A stretch of 63,851 bases of DNA, counting the filler, from Octopus bimaculoides (taxonomy: Eukaryota), in assembly GCF_001194135.2 (NCBI RefSeq). It is 6 parts of 6 records of this genome, joined end to end, with 100 filler letters (N's around TTAATTAATTAA, not from the genome) between each part and the next. Parts side by side here need not be neighbours in the genome. Positions count along the whole stretch, not along the records: positions 24,022 to 52,516 come from NC_068995.1; 5 more parts are not named here. One strand, written 5' to 3'. Every line of letters starts with the position of its first letter. Within the stretch, counting starts at the first letter, position 1. The notes beneath the pieces are model-generated. The model had not been told where the DNA came from, made no database searches, and saw nothing but the letters and a program-made list of their open reading frames with translations. Made by a program: the position numbers and the translations under genes. Shown here in pieces: positions 37,383 to 52,094 of the stretch.

Positions 37383-37415
<33 letters not shown>

Positions 37416-37741
37416 GTATGTATTACACCCTATCTAAGTATCTACGTATATAAAAGAGTGGAATATAATAGAATCTCTTTAGAAAATATTCTAAAGCCTG
37501 CTATTGTACTCAGTTATATCGTACTTATAATGGAGTTCATATGCAAGTGAACTAAGTCGACACAAATTAAATTTTAAGTAGCTGTTTCAGTTTACAAAAA
37601 CAAACAAAAACGGACACTTTTTTTTAAATCGTGTTCACAATGCGTTTTTCACAGTAACATAATGCTCCAGCCTTTGTTTACTACAATACTTCACCGATTC
37701 AGTTTGCTTTTTTCTCTTGCTGGCTTTTTTTTCTTCTCGTC

Positions 37742-37785
<44 letters not shown>

Positions 37786-37787
37786 AC

Positions 37788-37851
<64 letters not shown>

Positions 37852-38409
37852 GCCATGGTTGTTGTCGGTCCTGTTATTATTATTATTGTTATTATTATTA
37901 TTATTCTTATTATTANNNNNNNNNNNNNNNNNNNNNNNNNNNNNNNNNNNNNNNNNNNNNNNNNNNNNNNNNNNNNNNNNNNNNNNNNNNNNNNNNNNNN
38001 NNNNNNNNNNNNNNNNNNNNNNNNNNNNNNNNNNNNNNNNNNNNNNNNNNNNNNNNNNNNNNNNNNNNNNNNNNNNNNNNNNNNNNNNNNNNNNNNNNNN
38101 NNNNNNNNNNNNNNNNNNNNNNNNNNNNNNNNNNNNNNNNNNNNNNNNNNNNNNNNNNNNNNNNNNNNNNNNNNNNNNNNNNNNNNNNNNNNNNNNNNNN
38201 NNNNNNNNNNNNNNNNNNNNNNNNNNNNNNNNNNNNNNNNNNNNNNNNNNNNNNNNNNNNNNNNNNNNNNNNNNNNNNNNNNNNNNNNNNNNNNNNNNNN
38301 NNNNNNNNNNNNNNNNNNNNNNNNNNNNNNNNNNNNNNNNNNNNNNNNNNNNNNNNNNNNNNNNNNNNNNNNNNNNNNNNNNNNNNNNNNNNNNNNNNNN
38401 NNNNNNNNN

Positions 38410-38464
<55 letters not shown>

Positions 38465-38828
38465 CACATATACATATATACTTATTGCATACAATACGTC
38501 TGTCGATTTCTCGATTATAAAACATGTTTAAACAGAATTTTCCTAATGAACCAATGTACACATACATACGAACACACACATACACACACACAAACTCATA
38601 CACACACATGCACAAACACACACAAACATATACGTATATGCATATATATGAATATATATGTGTGTGTGTGTTCATATACGTATACACAAACATATATATA
38701 TATGTATATATACACATATAAATGTATATATATATATATACACAAAAACATATATACATGCACACACACTTACACACGTACGTACACAATTATATACATA
38801 TATACGTATATGCATACATACATATATA

Positions 38829-38878
<50 letters not shown>

Positions 38879-39914
38879 TGTGTATAAAGATGGAGAGGGA
38901 CTTTCAACAATAAGTATATTCTCACACTTGCCCACTTTATTATCATGGCTGTCTTCATTCTTTATATGTGTCTTGATGTGAGCGCGTGTGTTTTCAAATA
39001 AGTGAAATTATATAATGTTTACAAGTTTGTATTAAATCTAAATTAGATTTGAAAATTGATTTTTCAGTTTGTTCGCTGGTCGGGTNNNNNNNNNNNNNNN
39101 NNNNNNNNNNNNNNNNNNNNNNNNNNNNNNNNNNNNNNNNNNNNNNNNNNNNNNNNNNNNNNNNNNNNNNNNNNNNNNNNNNNNNNNNNNNNNNNNNNNN
39201 NNNNNNNNNNNNNNNNNNNNNNNNNNNNNNNNNNNNNNNNNNNNNNNNNNNNNNNNNNNNNNNNNNNNNNNNNNNNNNNNNNNNNNNNNNNNNNNNNNNN
39301 NNNNNNNNNNNNNNNNNNNNNNNNNNNNNNNNNNNNNNNNNNNNNNNNNNNNNNNNNNNNNNNNNNNNNNNNNNNNNNNNNNNNNNNNNNNNNNNNNNNN
39401 NNNNNNNNNNNNNNNNNNNNNNNNNNNNNNNNNTATATATATATATATATATATATATATTCGTATACACACACATATGTATATATATGAGCATAAATCA
39501 GAGTGTATCTGAATTTGTCATGGCTGAATAGTTAAGTAGTTCTCTTGGCATTCAGAAGGTCGCGGGTTGGTTCCAACTAGATGTCATCATGGTGAAGGTT
39601 CCCTCAAGTATTTCCCTTAGGATTTGATACCCTTGTGGAAACTCTGTGGAACCCAGTTTGGTGTGAAAGTAGTACAGAGACCTCGCTTTCTCATACTTTC
39701 TGCTTCACTGATATTGTTTCAGTATTACTGTAACAGTGCTGCATACTCATGCTGAATACTCAGGCACCACAATGAAATAAGTATTTCCGTGAACGATAAA
39801 CACCAAACAATTATATTTCTCTCATAACATGTTCGTACATACATTGATACAGAACTTCATACAATCACACACTCATACAAAAACAGAAGGAAAAGACATG
39901 CATTCGAAGACGCA

Positions 39915-40110
39915 CATACGGGTTTTGGTTCCCTTGGGTCTCCGTACCTTACCAGTTCGGCAAATGTGACCTGTAAAATAAGTAGCAGGCTTAAAAACAA
40001 ATAATTAAGCGGCTCGATTCGTTCCACTAAAATTCCCCAATGCATTGCCACTTCGTGGCCACAGTCTAATGGCTGAAACAAGTATAAGAGAAAAGATAAA
40101 AGATAAAAAA
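39915..40110 (+). mobile_element. SINE family A, diverged 3' half
   Basis: CAGTTCGGCAAA...AATAAGTAGCAGGCTT...CTGAAACAAGTA + AAAAGAT tail. Confidence 0.7.
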
Positions 40111-40325
40111 TAAGATACACTATTCGACTTGTAAGCTGGAAAGTATAGTATGTGTTTATATATGCGCTTCGAAAACCACCAAATACTTTCACATTAAAGT
40201 TTGATATATTTAGTAAGCTGACATCACTTTTAAATCTAACACTCAGCTAGCTATTTGCTAATTAGAATCTACAGTGGCATTAACTCGAATAGCAATGAGA
40301 GAGCAAAATTACATTCACCAAATGT

Positions 40326-40361
<36 letters not shown>

Positions 40362-40715
40362 NNNNNNNNNNNNNNNNNNNNNNNNNNNNNNNNNNNNNNN
40401 NNNNNNNNNNNNNNNNNNNNNNNNNNNNNNNNNNNNNNNNNNNNNNNNNNNNNNNNNNNNNNNNNNNNNNNNNNNNNNNNNNNNNNNNNNNNNNNNNNNN
40501 NNNNNNNNNNNNNNNNNNNNNNNNNNNNNNNNNNNNNNNNNNNNNNNNNNNNNNNNNNNNNNNNNNNNNNNNNNNNNNNNNNNNNNNNNNNNNNNNNTAT
40601 ATTTGTTTTCTGTTACTTTGAATTTGTTGCGATGCAGTAGTATCAGTAATAATAATAATAGTAATAATAGTATTAATAATAACAATAATAGTAATAATAA
40701 TAATAATGATACAAC

Positions 40716-40773
40716 GAAGAAGAAGAAGAAGAAGAAGAAGAAGAAGAAGAAGAAGAAGAAGAAGAAGAAGAAG

Positions 40774-40803
<30 letters not shown>
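40716..40803. repeat. (GAA)n microsatellite
   Basis: Direct inspection; source of the poly-K/F pseudo-ORFs. Confidence 0.97.
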
Positions 40804-40805
<2 letters not shown>

Positions 40806-41785
40806 GAAGAAAGAGTGTTTCACTAAATATGGAATAAAGTAAAGAAAAAAATTTGTGTTTAAAAAAAAATCAATAGACATTTTTTGCTTCATTTGCAGTT
40901 TATTTGTGTTTTTGTTCATGTATTTCGTCATAATCTACTTCTCCAAAATAAATTTTAAATGTAATGAACATTACAACGTGTGTGGTTTTATTAGTGTGTG
41001 TCTATGTGTTTGTGAGCGCGTCTTTGCGTGTGTGTGTGTGTGTGTGTCTGTGTGAATATGTGTGTGTCTGTGTGTTTGTTTGTGTGTGTACACGTGTGTG
41101 CGAGTCGGGGTGAAACACAAGGTACGTTAATGAAGCTGCTTGCAGGAAAATGTCTATGGCGAAGTGCAAAAGATATGCGCATTAAATGCAACTTACTTAG
41201 AAAGTTAAAGTGTGATGACAAAAGTTTGATGGCCGCCCCTTTAATAACTATGTCTTATATTTACTATAACACGCTAAAACACTCATCGAGGTGCACAAAG
41301 AAACTCAGCTACGCACGTACACACAGACACACAGACACACATATGTAAATATGTATATAAATGTATATACATAAATATATAAATATACATAAATATATGC
41401 ATGTATATATATATGTATATGTATATATCTATGTATATATATACATAGATATAAACATGTATGTACACACATGCACACATTTCTATGTTCGTAAATGTGT
41501 GTATATATGTATGCATATATGTGTATATATGTATATATATATATGTATATATATGCATACGCAGACATCTGTAAATATGTACATGAATGTATATACATAA
41601 ATATATTTATGTATATANNNNNNNNNNNNNNNNNNNNNNNNNNNNNNNNNNNNNNNNNNNNNNNNNNNNNNNNNNNNNNNNNNNNNNNNNNNNNNNNNNN
41701 NNNNNNNNNNNNNNNNNNNNNNNNNNNNNNNNNNNNNNNNNNNNNNNNNNNNNNNNNNNNNNNNNNNNNNNNNNNNNNNNNNNNN

Positions 41786-41822
<37 letters not shown>

Positions 41823-42484
41823 GATATATAAATGTATGCACACATGTCTATATACATACATATGTGTATATATGTATGTAACTATATATGCATGCATATA
41901 TGTATATATATGCATATACACACACATATATTTATATATATATACGCACACACCCTCTCGACGAAATGACAATTACTGTCTAAAATGGCTGTCATTTAAA
42001 GGAAACGTGATGCAAACTTTAAATATTTCACTGATAGATTGGTAATAAAAAGAAACAAAAAGTGTAAGTGCTACCATTTAGGATTGTAAGCATCCAATGA
42101 TGTGACAGTCATAACAACGTGTCACGCAAGGGTCAAAAGTTGAAAGGCAATATGTCAGATTCACAACTCACGCAGACGAAGTAAAGGGAAAAAAATCAAA
42201 AATAAATCTAAGAAAATAATCACGGTAAAATCTAATTTAGTTTTGAAACACATTTAAAATGGCTGACCTCGTTAGTAGTATGTTTTCCTTAATGAATTTC
42301 ATATTCGCTTATATTTGTGTCTGTTTGAAGATAGCATAATTATCAAGGTTGAGTGATAGTGTGAAGGGTTACCAATTTGAAAGGTTGCAGGTTCGAATAC
42401 TTGAAACGTTGTCATAATTCCACTACCGCATATATGCAAATATACTATACCAATATATAATAAGAATAATTATCCATTGCTACT

Positions 42485-42810
42485 GTAGGCACCAGATCAG
42501 AAATTTAGAGTGACGTGTCACTTGATTACATCGATCCAAGTACTTGATTGGTACCTATTTTATCGATGCAGAAATGATAAAAATCAAAGTCGACCTCAGT
42601 GTAATTTGAACTTAAGAAATAAAGAAAGACGAAAGGTCGCTAAGCATTGTGTCCGGCGTGCTAACGATTGTACCAACTCACGGCTCACAGCTGTTTTATT
42701 TTACCGACCTCGATAAGGCGAAAAGTAAAGTGGATCTCTGCAGGATTTTGAACTCGGAATGTAACGAACCAAAAGTAAACAGAAAAAAGTTATTTAGTTC
42801 GACATGCTAA
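42485..42810 (-). mobile_element. Two adjacent diverged SINE-B copies (one partial)
   Basis: AAAGTCGACCTCAGTGTAATTTGAAC at ~42590 and AAAGTGGATCTCTGCAGGATTTTGAACTC at ~42730. Confidence 0.75.
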
Positions 42811-43569
42811 ATATTATGCTTGCGCATCGATAATAACTTCTAAACACAGGCAAAACATAATAATTTCTCCTACATGCAAACATAAAATGTCATATAACAT
42901 TCTAATGGAGAAGAGACAGTTAAACGTACGTCTCTGTTCGGTCCTCAGAAGGATGATGGCAAATTATTGGTGTGGTACAACCGAACGATCGATACTAAAG
43001 CATAGCTGTTACTTATTTTGTCTACTCTGGAAGTTAGAAATATCAGAGGTGACCTCCACGGGGTTTCGACTCAGAAGTTAAAGGACCACAACAAATTACA
43101 ATGAGACTATAACAAATTCTTTTGATTCAAGTTTTTATATAAAAGCATTGGCTCAGAGCTGTTGCCAGTGATAACACGGGTAGATGTCTACTATGTTATT
43201 TCATTTCCCGGAAATGAAATCCCAGGACGAAAAAATCACTGAGAATGCTATTACGACTGGGTAAAAAAAAAATTGTCATTGCATGAAAAAATAAGAAAAT
43301 ACAATGATAGTTAAAGAACTATAGCGATAGTTTAAATAGTTAAACAAAATAGTTAAACAAATACTCAGTGATGTACACTACCTGACCGTACGCAATAGCA
43401 ATGCAATTGGTAGAACGATGTCACAAAAGTGAACAAATATCACAATTTATTTACCGTATTTGCTGGTATATAAGACACAATCCTCCCCGAAAATAAATGC
43501 CTGTATATGCTCTGCTAAAATTGGAATGTCCCTAATATATCCATGCGCCTTTTTTGCAAATAAATACGG

Positions 43570-43830
43570 TAGTTGTTGTCGTCAACATGTATCGTGTGCC
43601 TGCAGCGCATTGATGACATTATAGCAAAAATGTTCCTGGTTAAGCATGAGTTCTGCGGCTGCCTTGCTTCTGTTCGTTAACCATCTCTTGATATTGTCCA
43701 TCCATTGCGTTCTTTGTCAGCCTCTAGATCTGCTACGCTCTACTCTTTGTTCTATGATAATGTTTTCTAGACCTCTGCTTCTTCGTATAAAACCATTCTA
43801 GAAGATCTTTTGGTTTTTCAAAATGTCCAG
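43570..43830 (-). mobile_element. RTE-like LINE 3' fragment
   Basis: GLENIIIEQRVERSRSRG*QRTQWMDNIKRW, a typical RTE ORF C-terminus. Confidence 0.7.
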
Positions 43831-44419
43831 TTATCGTCTTTCACCAACCTGCTGTAACAGTCACTCATTTGTCCGATGATCCTTGTAAAAGAATCTTAAC
43901 AACTAAAAAAAAAAAAGAAAAAAAAACATGAAATCTGTGACATTTCAGTGGATTCATTTTACTGAGTCTGGAAAGATTAAGTGTGAATGTAAANNNNNNN
44001 NNNCAGTGGATTCATTTTACTGAGTCTGGAAAGATTAAGTGTGAATGTAAAGATAACGAGATTCGAACTCAGGAGTTAAAAGTCTTTAATTAAATTCTGC
44101 AAAAAATTCCCCCCGAAGAGCCACGGCAACTGGAATCAGTCTTACACTGCGCTGAACTTTTCAACTTCATCGAATTAATCCGCAGCCAAAGTTTGTAAAC
44201 ACAAGGAATAAATATTTCATATATATTTTGATTTCGTTCATATGTGTATTGCATGTGTTTCAGACATTAAAGTCATTTGAATATTATCGACTTAATTTAT
44301 TTAAATAAGTTTATAATTGTGCAACAGCAGCAGAAACGTAAGGACATTGACTTGAAGTAAATATCCAAAGTGAATCACGAAGTATTAGTAAGAGCATTTC
44401 TTCAGATCCAACTATTCTT

Positions 44420-44628
44420 TCTAATTTTGACCCAAAGTCAGCAGATTTTAGAGAAAAGGAAAGTCGATTACATCGACTACAGGGCTTCGCTGGGATTTAT
44501 TTTACCGAGCTCAAGAGGCACGCAGAGTCAACATGGGTATCATTCTAACTCAGAACATAAAGAACCGAAGAAAATGCCGCAAGCATTTTGTTCTGCGCAA
44601 TAACGATTCCACCAAGTCACCGCCTTGA
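44420..44628 (-). mobile_element. SINE family B, diverged
   Basis: AAGTCGATTACATCGAC...AACTCAGAACATAAAG...TAACGATTCCACCAAGTCACCGCC. Confidence 0.8.
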
Positions 44629-46491
44629 TTTATGTAAGTAGTAAACTGGGAGTGCTAGGTGGACAGTATAGGGACGATGGTTTCCGTTAGACATATTATG
44701 TACCATATGTACACTTACTGTTTAATCTCCTTAAATGGAGATTACTTAGAGCTTACATGGAGTTATGAAGACGAGGAACAAATTACTGGTTTCTGTGTGC
44801 GCGCGTGTTTTTCTCATTTTATATCCAAAAAAGATATAAACATGAGGAAGAAAAGCAGAATGTATGGCACTTTACGCATAAAATAGATTACATTGGAAAG
44901 ATGCATTCTCATTACTCAAGCCGACACACGCACACACACACTCACACAGACGGACACCCTCACACACACGAAATGATATATACAGCAAATATTTCGTTAG
45001 ACAAATATCAACAGGTAAATAAATAACAATGCTAATTGTTTAGTAATCGCTATATAATAAAAGCACCTTCGCTAACAACAACCATATCAAATAGTACCAA
45101 CTTAAGTCAGAACCTGTTCTATTACGTTCAGGTTACAAATCTCACCAGCGAAGACTATCAGACCTACCTTTGGAGTCTGATATATACTGAACTATTTCAC
45201 ACAAAATTCAAAACGAGCCAAACAAAAAATGTCTACAAGGTGAGTCAATAGGCAAAAAATCAGTTATGTCTCCTTCACATATCTCTGTATCTTATATGGG
45301 CAAAAATGTTCATAACTAAAATGACTTTGATCAGAAGCCCACTCACTAATGGATAAGCTGGCGTTGTACAACATCATCACGAGTTTAAATTTCAGCGGTG
45401 TCATCTCAGTCTTGCAGTTTTCTAGAATCGATTCCAAATGACGAATAATAGAAAACGTTACCAATGTTTCTAAGACAATTGTTGACCTAACAGTACCGAA
45501 TTTTGATAGTTTCACAACAGAATTAGAAATTTCTCTATCAGAATTAATAAATCATTGATAGCTTATCTCTCAAGAGAGCTTCAATCGCAATTGTTATAAA
45601 AATATAATGAGTAGGTGATGCTTTGTCTGAAATATGTTCAATAGCTATCAATTATCGTATCCTTACTTAAGAAATAGATCAGTCAGCAATATGGCTGCGA
45701 AGGAGAGGAAATGGGGATTCATGGGAGATATTTAATCGTTTTTTATATGTTTAAGCACCAAAGAATGCGTCGTTTTCATTTCAATTTAATAATAAACGAA
45801 TATAAATTAGATATATATAAAAAAAAAGCAGAACATCAGAAACTGGAAAAATAATAGATTTGGTTTATCATTGTTCTCAAATATTGGTTATAATATGATA
45901 GTTACACACCAAAGGTAAACACCTACGCATGCGCATACGTATGTAAGTATACGTACAAAATATTCATACAAATATATGTATACGTATACACACACATATA
46001 CGTGCGTGTATATGTGTATTGTGTGTGTGTGTATGTGCGTATGTGTGTGTAGTCAAATTGAGAGGATGAACCCCGAAAATATGAGTAACAATGCTGTAAA
46101 TCTCAATCACACATTTCTAACTACTGTTCAGTGTGTATATTCATGCTCGCACGCACGTGTACACACATATATGAGCGTGTATATGTATATACACACAAGC
46201 TATGTATCGACGCTGCGCTTTAGAGGCCTGGCAGATTTCCGTGTCCAACAATTTACGAACAGTATTGCTTAAAACAAACACTACTCTCTGAAAAAATAAA
46301 GGGACGATATATATTAAAGCCATGGACGGTACGTCATGGAAGGAAATGTTCTATAATAAACGAAATATGTGTATAACTGTAATGTAATGGATATGAGTTG
46401 GTGAGACATAAAAGCATGGAGAGGGGGAGAAATTGCTCATTGACAAACGATAGCAGTTGTTTATATAACAGTGTACATACACACACGTATG

Positions 46492-47352
46492 TACTGGCTG
46501 CGATGGATAGATTGTCGCCATTTTATATTTTTAATCTGGCGCATGCCTACTGTTTGTTTCTTGATTGTTTCGAGTACACACCATAGTGAGGTCGGTTGGA
46601 CACTTTCTGTGAGAAAAGCAGCACCATGGTGCAATTCGCTTTGCCAGAAATTGGAAACCGACATGCTATACTGTCTGGAATTCTCAACGGAAGCTGCAAT
46701 ACGAATGTTTCCGACTGTTTGGGTGTCAATATGAGGACAGTGCAATCTGAGGAAATGTACCGAAGTGATAAAAATCAAGCATCCAGCCAGCCTCATGGCG
46801 TTTGGAGCGATCACTAGAGATGGCAGTATTGTGTCTCCATTCATCTTAACCGTACGGCTTCACGCTTAACACAGAGTGCCTGGAGGAGGTAGTGCTGTCC
46901 TGGGGAAAGAGGATGGCTGATAGAAGACGTTATGTCTGGCAAAATGGACTCTGCACCACGCCACAGAAGTAGGAGATCCCAGTAATGGCTGTCACACAAT
47001 TTCTGCCACCACATCATCCCTAACATCTGGCCACCTAACTCCCCAGACAGTAACCCTGGTGATTATCATATGTGGAGCGCAGTTGAACGAGAGAACAAAA
47101 AAACACTTTGTTACACCAAAGATGACCTGAAGGCGAGGGTTACGGCAGCATTCACCAAATTAAACAAGGTGACCCTCCAGCAGAGTTGCAGGAGATTCCG
47201 ATGTCGTCTGGAGGCCGTGGTTGATGCCAATGGCGAATTAATTGAATAAATTTACTCTATATTATTTCAAGATATTTTTCTGTAATTCTGGTAAATATAT
47301 CTATTAAAATGAGATGTCAGCATTATTTTCACTTTATTCACAGCACCCTGCA
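46492..47352 (+). mobile_element. Internally deleted Tc1/mariner DD37D (maT-type) transposon
   Basis: ATG at 46626. DSAP...WPPNSPDSNPGDY has 37 residues between the two Asp. C-terminus RLEAVVDANGELIE* ends at 47249. Degenerate TIRs. Confidence 0.88.
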
Positions 47353-48151
47353 TATATATATATATATATATATANNNNNNNNNNNNNNNNNNNNNNNNNN
47401 NNNNNNNNNNNNNNNNNNNNNNNNNNNNNNNNNNNNNNNNNNNNNNNNNNNNNNNNNNNNNNNNNNNNNNNNNNNNNNNNNNNNNNNNNNNNNNNNNNNN
47501 NNNNNNNNNNNNNNNNNNNNNNNNNNNNNNNNNNNNNNNNNNNNNNNNNNNNNNNNNNNNNNNNNNNNNNNNNNNNNNNNNNNNNNNNNNNNNNNNNNNN
47601 NNNNNNNNNNNNNNNNNNNNNNNNNNNNNNNNNNNNNNNNNNNNNNNNNNNNNNNNNNNNNNNNNNNNNNNNNNNNNNNNNNNNNNNNNNNNNNNNNNNN
47701 NNNNNNNNNNNNNNNNNNNNNNNNNNNNNNNNNNNNNNNNNNNNNNNNNNNNNNNNNNNNNNNNNNNNNNNNNNNNNNNNNNNNNNNNNNNNNNNNNNNN
47801 NNNNNNNNNNNNNNNNNNNNNNNNNNNNNNNNNNNNNNNNNNNNNNNNNNNNNNNNNNNNNNNNNNNNNNNNNNNNNNNNNNNNNNNNNNNNNNNNNNNN
47901 NNNNNNNNNNNNNNNNNNNNNNNNNNNNNNNNNNNNNNNNNNNNNNNNNNNNNNNNNNNNNNNNNNNNNNNNNNNNNNNNNNNNNNNNNNNNNNNNNNNN
48001 NNNNNNNNNNNNNNNNNNNNNNNNNNNNNNNNNNNNNNNNNNNNNNNNNNNNNNNNNNNNNNNNNNNNNNNNNNNNNNNNNNNNNNNNNNNNNNNNNNNN
48101 NNNNNNNNNNNNNNNNNNNNNNNNNNNNNNNNNNNNNNNNNNNNNNNNNNN

Positions 48152-48190
<39 letters not shown>

Positions 48191-48628
48191 GTGTGTCTGT
48201 GTGTGTATGTGTGTATGGCTACATAAATATATAAATATATTGAAAGCTGCAGATCTATACACATTGGTATTATATATATATATGTATTCATAAATAAGCC
48301 TGTAAAACTCACATATTGCGATATGCATCAGCACCTACTCACACAGGTACACCCTAACACACATGCATTAAATCGTACATTACTAATATATAATACCATT
48401 ATGTATACCAGACATTGCTAAATGGTGTATTTATCTGCCCTTTGCGGTGGAAAAAAAAGTCTTCTATGCAACTCTATGTAAACAATACATTAAAAGTCGA
48501 ACACCCAACTATACGATAAGTTATTTCTGTAAGCACGTAAATATATATTTATATATATTTTTATATATGTACGCACATATACGTATTAGATATATATTTC
48601 TATATATATGTGTGTGTATATATGTATA

Positions 48629-48687
<59 letters not shown>

Positions 48688-50087
48688 TCTGAATCCATTC
48701 ACTCATATCTATATTTTAGAAACATATCTACGCGTGCTTATACATAACTTAGTTCGAATATGTTAATATTTATTATGACGAAGATAACCGGAGGGAATGA
48801 GCTAATATTTAATTCTCTTCCCTTAACAATATCCTGTATTCAAACACACACCTATATACGCAATATAGACATGTATGTATATATATACACATTTAAGCGC
48901 ACAAACACGCACACGCACACTCACCCACACGTACATGTCTACATATATATATACACACATCCACATATATATATTCCAATATGTAACGTGCTCTTACTGT
49001 AGCCTATATTTTAATAACTTTATTGAACGTATCCATTATTGAGTTTTGTTAATACTGGAAAGAAATATGTCTCACACAGACACACATACACACACACATA
49101 CACAGACACACACACACAAGCACGTGCACACACACTCTCAGACACACATACAGACATACACAGACATACACACACATACATATATATTGTTTTTTTCACA
49201 TATGTTTACCTCCCGAGCTATACTGCTAATATAAGTATATACCAGTATTTCAAACACTCCCTGTATATTAGCTACATTATATATGCTTATAGTAATCGGT
49301 GAGGTTACGTTATACATAAATCGAAAAGGAAAAGCGTGCAGGAAAATGTTGTTATTCGCGTTTCAGGTCGATGTCGTTGTTGTTTGTACCACAGGTTTGT
49401 GAGGCTCTATTTGTCTAGTCAGAAATACGTAGTAATTCGCCGAAAACTGGCTAAGGTTGTTGTTGCTGGTGTTTAACGTTTCAGCCCTCATCATTTCAAC
49501 TATAAATAAAAATAAGTATAGTATTCCATATATTACTTTTTGTAAGACATTGTGTAGGGTTTTGAATGGGATTTGGTTTTGTTTCTAGCGAATTAGACAA
49601 CCAGGTACACAGACACGTCCCTCACTTGTTTTGGTGTTCAATATTTCTGTCCTCACCATCTCGACTAGTTCCAACTGTATGTAAGACGAACTGCACAACT
49701 CCATGTATAATTTTTATTAAAAAAGCGCTTGGGTGTTGAATGGTTGTTGTTTTTTGCGAGTCAGACAGACAAGTAGACAGATGTCTCTCGATTGACTTGC
49801 TGGTAACATTTACCAGTAACCGGGATTGCAATAATCAACACGGAATCTAAATACTTATACGGTCATATTCACTATAGTTTTGCGTATAGAAATCTGTAGT
49901 AATGTCTGTCTGCTGTAACTATTTGCTTCTTCGTCACGTTGTTTACCACTTTTCCTATCCTGCGAGTCATTCCTGACTCACCACGCCATATTCTTATCAC
50001 ATCATAAGAATCACCGTTGACATCAAACTGTGATGATCATTTCTTTATGGAGTCTCACAAATTTTGTGGTTCAAATTAAATTATTTC

Positions 50088-50270
50088 CTTAGCGAATAAT
50101 TTCGTCTTTCCTAAAGTTCAAGTTCAAATACAGCCAGAATCGATTGTTGCCTTCCATCCTTTGGGGGTCCATAAAATAAGTACCACCCGAGAACTGAAGT
50201 CGATGCAATCGGCTTACCAAACCCTTAACGAAATTCCTGCACTTGTTCCAAAATTTGAAATCAATTTTGC
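50088..50270 (+). mobile_element. SINE family B, diverged
   Basis: GCCTTCCATCCTTTGGGGGTCCATAAAATAAGTACCA...GTCGATGCAATCGGCTT. Confidence 0.8.
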
Positions 50271-50749
50271 ATCTTGTCAAATTTCAAGATTAAAAACTAT
50301 TTCCACGTACACTTGGTGATAAATTTTAAAAAAATGATCGAAATATTTCTGTCCTCGAAGTTATTAAAATGCACTTTGGTGAACATTTACGGAAAAAAAA
50401 ATAATGCGTGTTTCACTCATTGCAGTGCGGCTGTGTAAGATTTTGTTGAACAAATGAAACCCAGCACTTTTATCTTCTTAAATACTGGGTCTTATTTGGT
50501 CCGTCTTGGGTGAACTTCCAAGTAAGTGATGTGTTTTCAGGCGGGATTAGCGCCACCTATTCCTTAATGAAAACGAAGTAATTATTACGACATCAGGGGA
50601 TGTAATACTATATGTATAGTATAGACAATAAAATGTATATATCTTTTATTCTATCAGGATTAGCAGAAAATATTTAGCTTAATCGACAGATACTATCGCT
50701 CAGCAAGCCTAGGAGAGTTATACTTTCAGCTTTAAGTGGTACACACACA

Positions 50750-50799
<50 letters not shown>

Positions 50800-51084
50800 G
50801 TTTATAGTTTTTCAAGTGGATATTTGCATTTGTAAGTGGAAAATAGTTTTACATTATCATCAACATAACATTTATTGTTCAGAATGTAAATTTGGATACT
50901 GGCTGTTGTGGTAGTGGTGGTGGTGGTGCTGCTGAGAGTTGTGGAGGCTGGGCATGTAGTGGTAGTGGAGACTGTTGAAGTGATAATGGTAGGAGAAGAG
51001 CATGAGTGATATATTTCGAATGAATCTACTTGCAACAGACGCCAACACAATTCTAGTTTCATATGTATTTTTTCTCCAAATACT

Positions 51085-51260
51085 TTGCGCTACTCAGTTA
51101 CTAACCTTTACATTCCGAGTTCAAATCGCAGCAGGGTCAACATTGTCTTTTATCATCCTGGGAATTATAAAATAAAGTACAGGTCAAGTAACGGGTGAAA
51201 TTTAATCGATTCTAGGCTACCCGAAAATAGCTGGCTATGTGCCAATGTTAGAATTCAATA
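51085..51260 (+). mobile_element. SINE family B, diverged
   Basis: GAGTTCAAATCGCAGCAGGGTCAAC...ATAAAATAAAGTAC. Confidence 0.7.
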
Positions 51261-51957
51261 TGATTCTTCGTTAAATATTCTTACTGCAGTGCAGGATATA
51301 TATTTTAAAATTTGTGAAATAAATTGATCACTAGAACGAATAAATAGAAAAATACATAAACAGCAAAAACGAAATATGTAAAGAAAAACATAATTCTCAT
51401 AAATACACAAGATCTTTTAATTTTTTATCCTTTTTATTTTTGTATCAAAGTGAATTTCATATGAAATACATAGACAAGAAATATAAAAATGGAGAAAAAA
51501 AATGAATGCAACTTTTTATATAAGTAAATATATTCATCACGTGATCTCTGATGCATGCAGTTGCAAAAGGAGAAAAGTTTGAAGATGAGGTGAGGCCACA
51601 AATAATCAGACCCAACACACAATTATTCACTTACCAATATTTGTGTGCGATTGTGTGTCTGTGTGTTTTGTTTAGACGTATTTATAGAATTTTGCCAACG
51701 TGGAAAGAGTTGGTTTCTAAAATTTGTCGAAGACTTTTTCATTGGAATTTCAACAACACCAACAGGGTAATCGTGTGTGCACGCGCATACATGTGCAGCT
51801 CTGTATGTTTTGCATTCATGTATTTATACTCATGCATCTAGTTTGATGTCGAGACACGTTCACATGTTTCTATACGTTAAAATTTTGGTGCATTTTACAT
51901 TTTGACACTGCTAAAGACGAGGTCTCTGTAGTTTCCTAATTAGCTTTCTACTTTCAG

Positions 51958-52094
51958 ATTTGGAGAACCCTAATTTCTCAAGATTAGTTCTGAAGCAGTT
52001 TCTTAAACATTCTAATATCCCAATAATTACGAGTATAAAACTGGACTGGCATTTCAAGTCGAGTAGCTGCAAATTTCTCAATAGTTCAGCGCAG
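51958..52094 (+). CDS. Candidate 137-nt internal exon (DLENPNFSRLVLKQFLKHSNIPIITSIKLDWHFKSSSCKFLNSSAQ)
   Basis: CTAAT branch + TAGCTTTCTACTTTCAG acceptor and CAG|GTGATT donor; open frame. No homology recognised. Confidence 0.3.

Noticed and set aside
43946-44051. Exact 48-bp direct repeat either side of 10 Ns
   Set aside because: Typical unmerged contig overlap.
44720-44795. Peptide LELTWSYEDEEQITGFCV resembling fibronectin type III
   Set aside because: Too short, poor splice donor, and flanking residues do not continue the fold.
50426-50521. 96-nt segment with good acceptor and GTAAGT donor
   Set aside because: Stops in all three frames.
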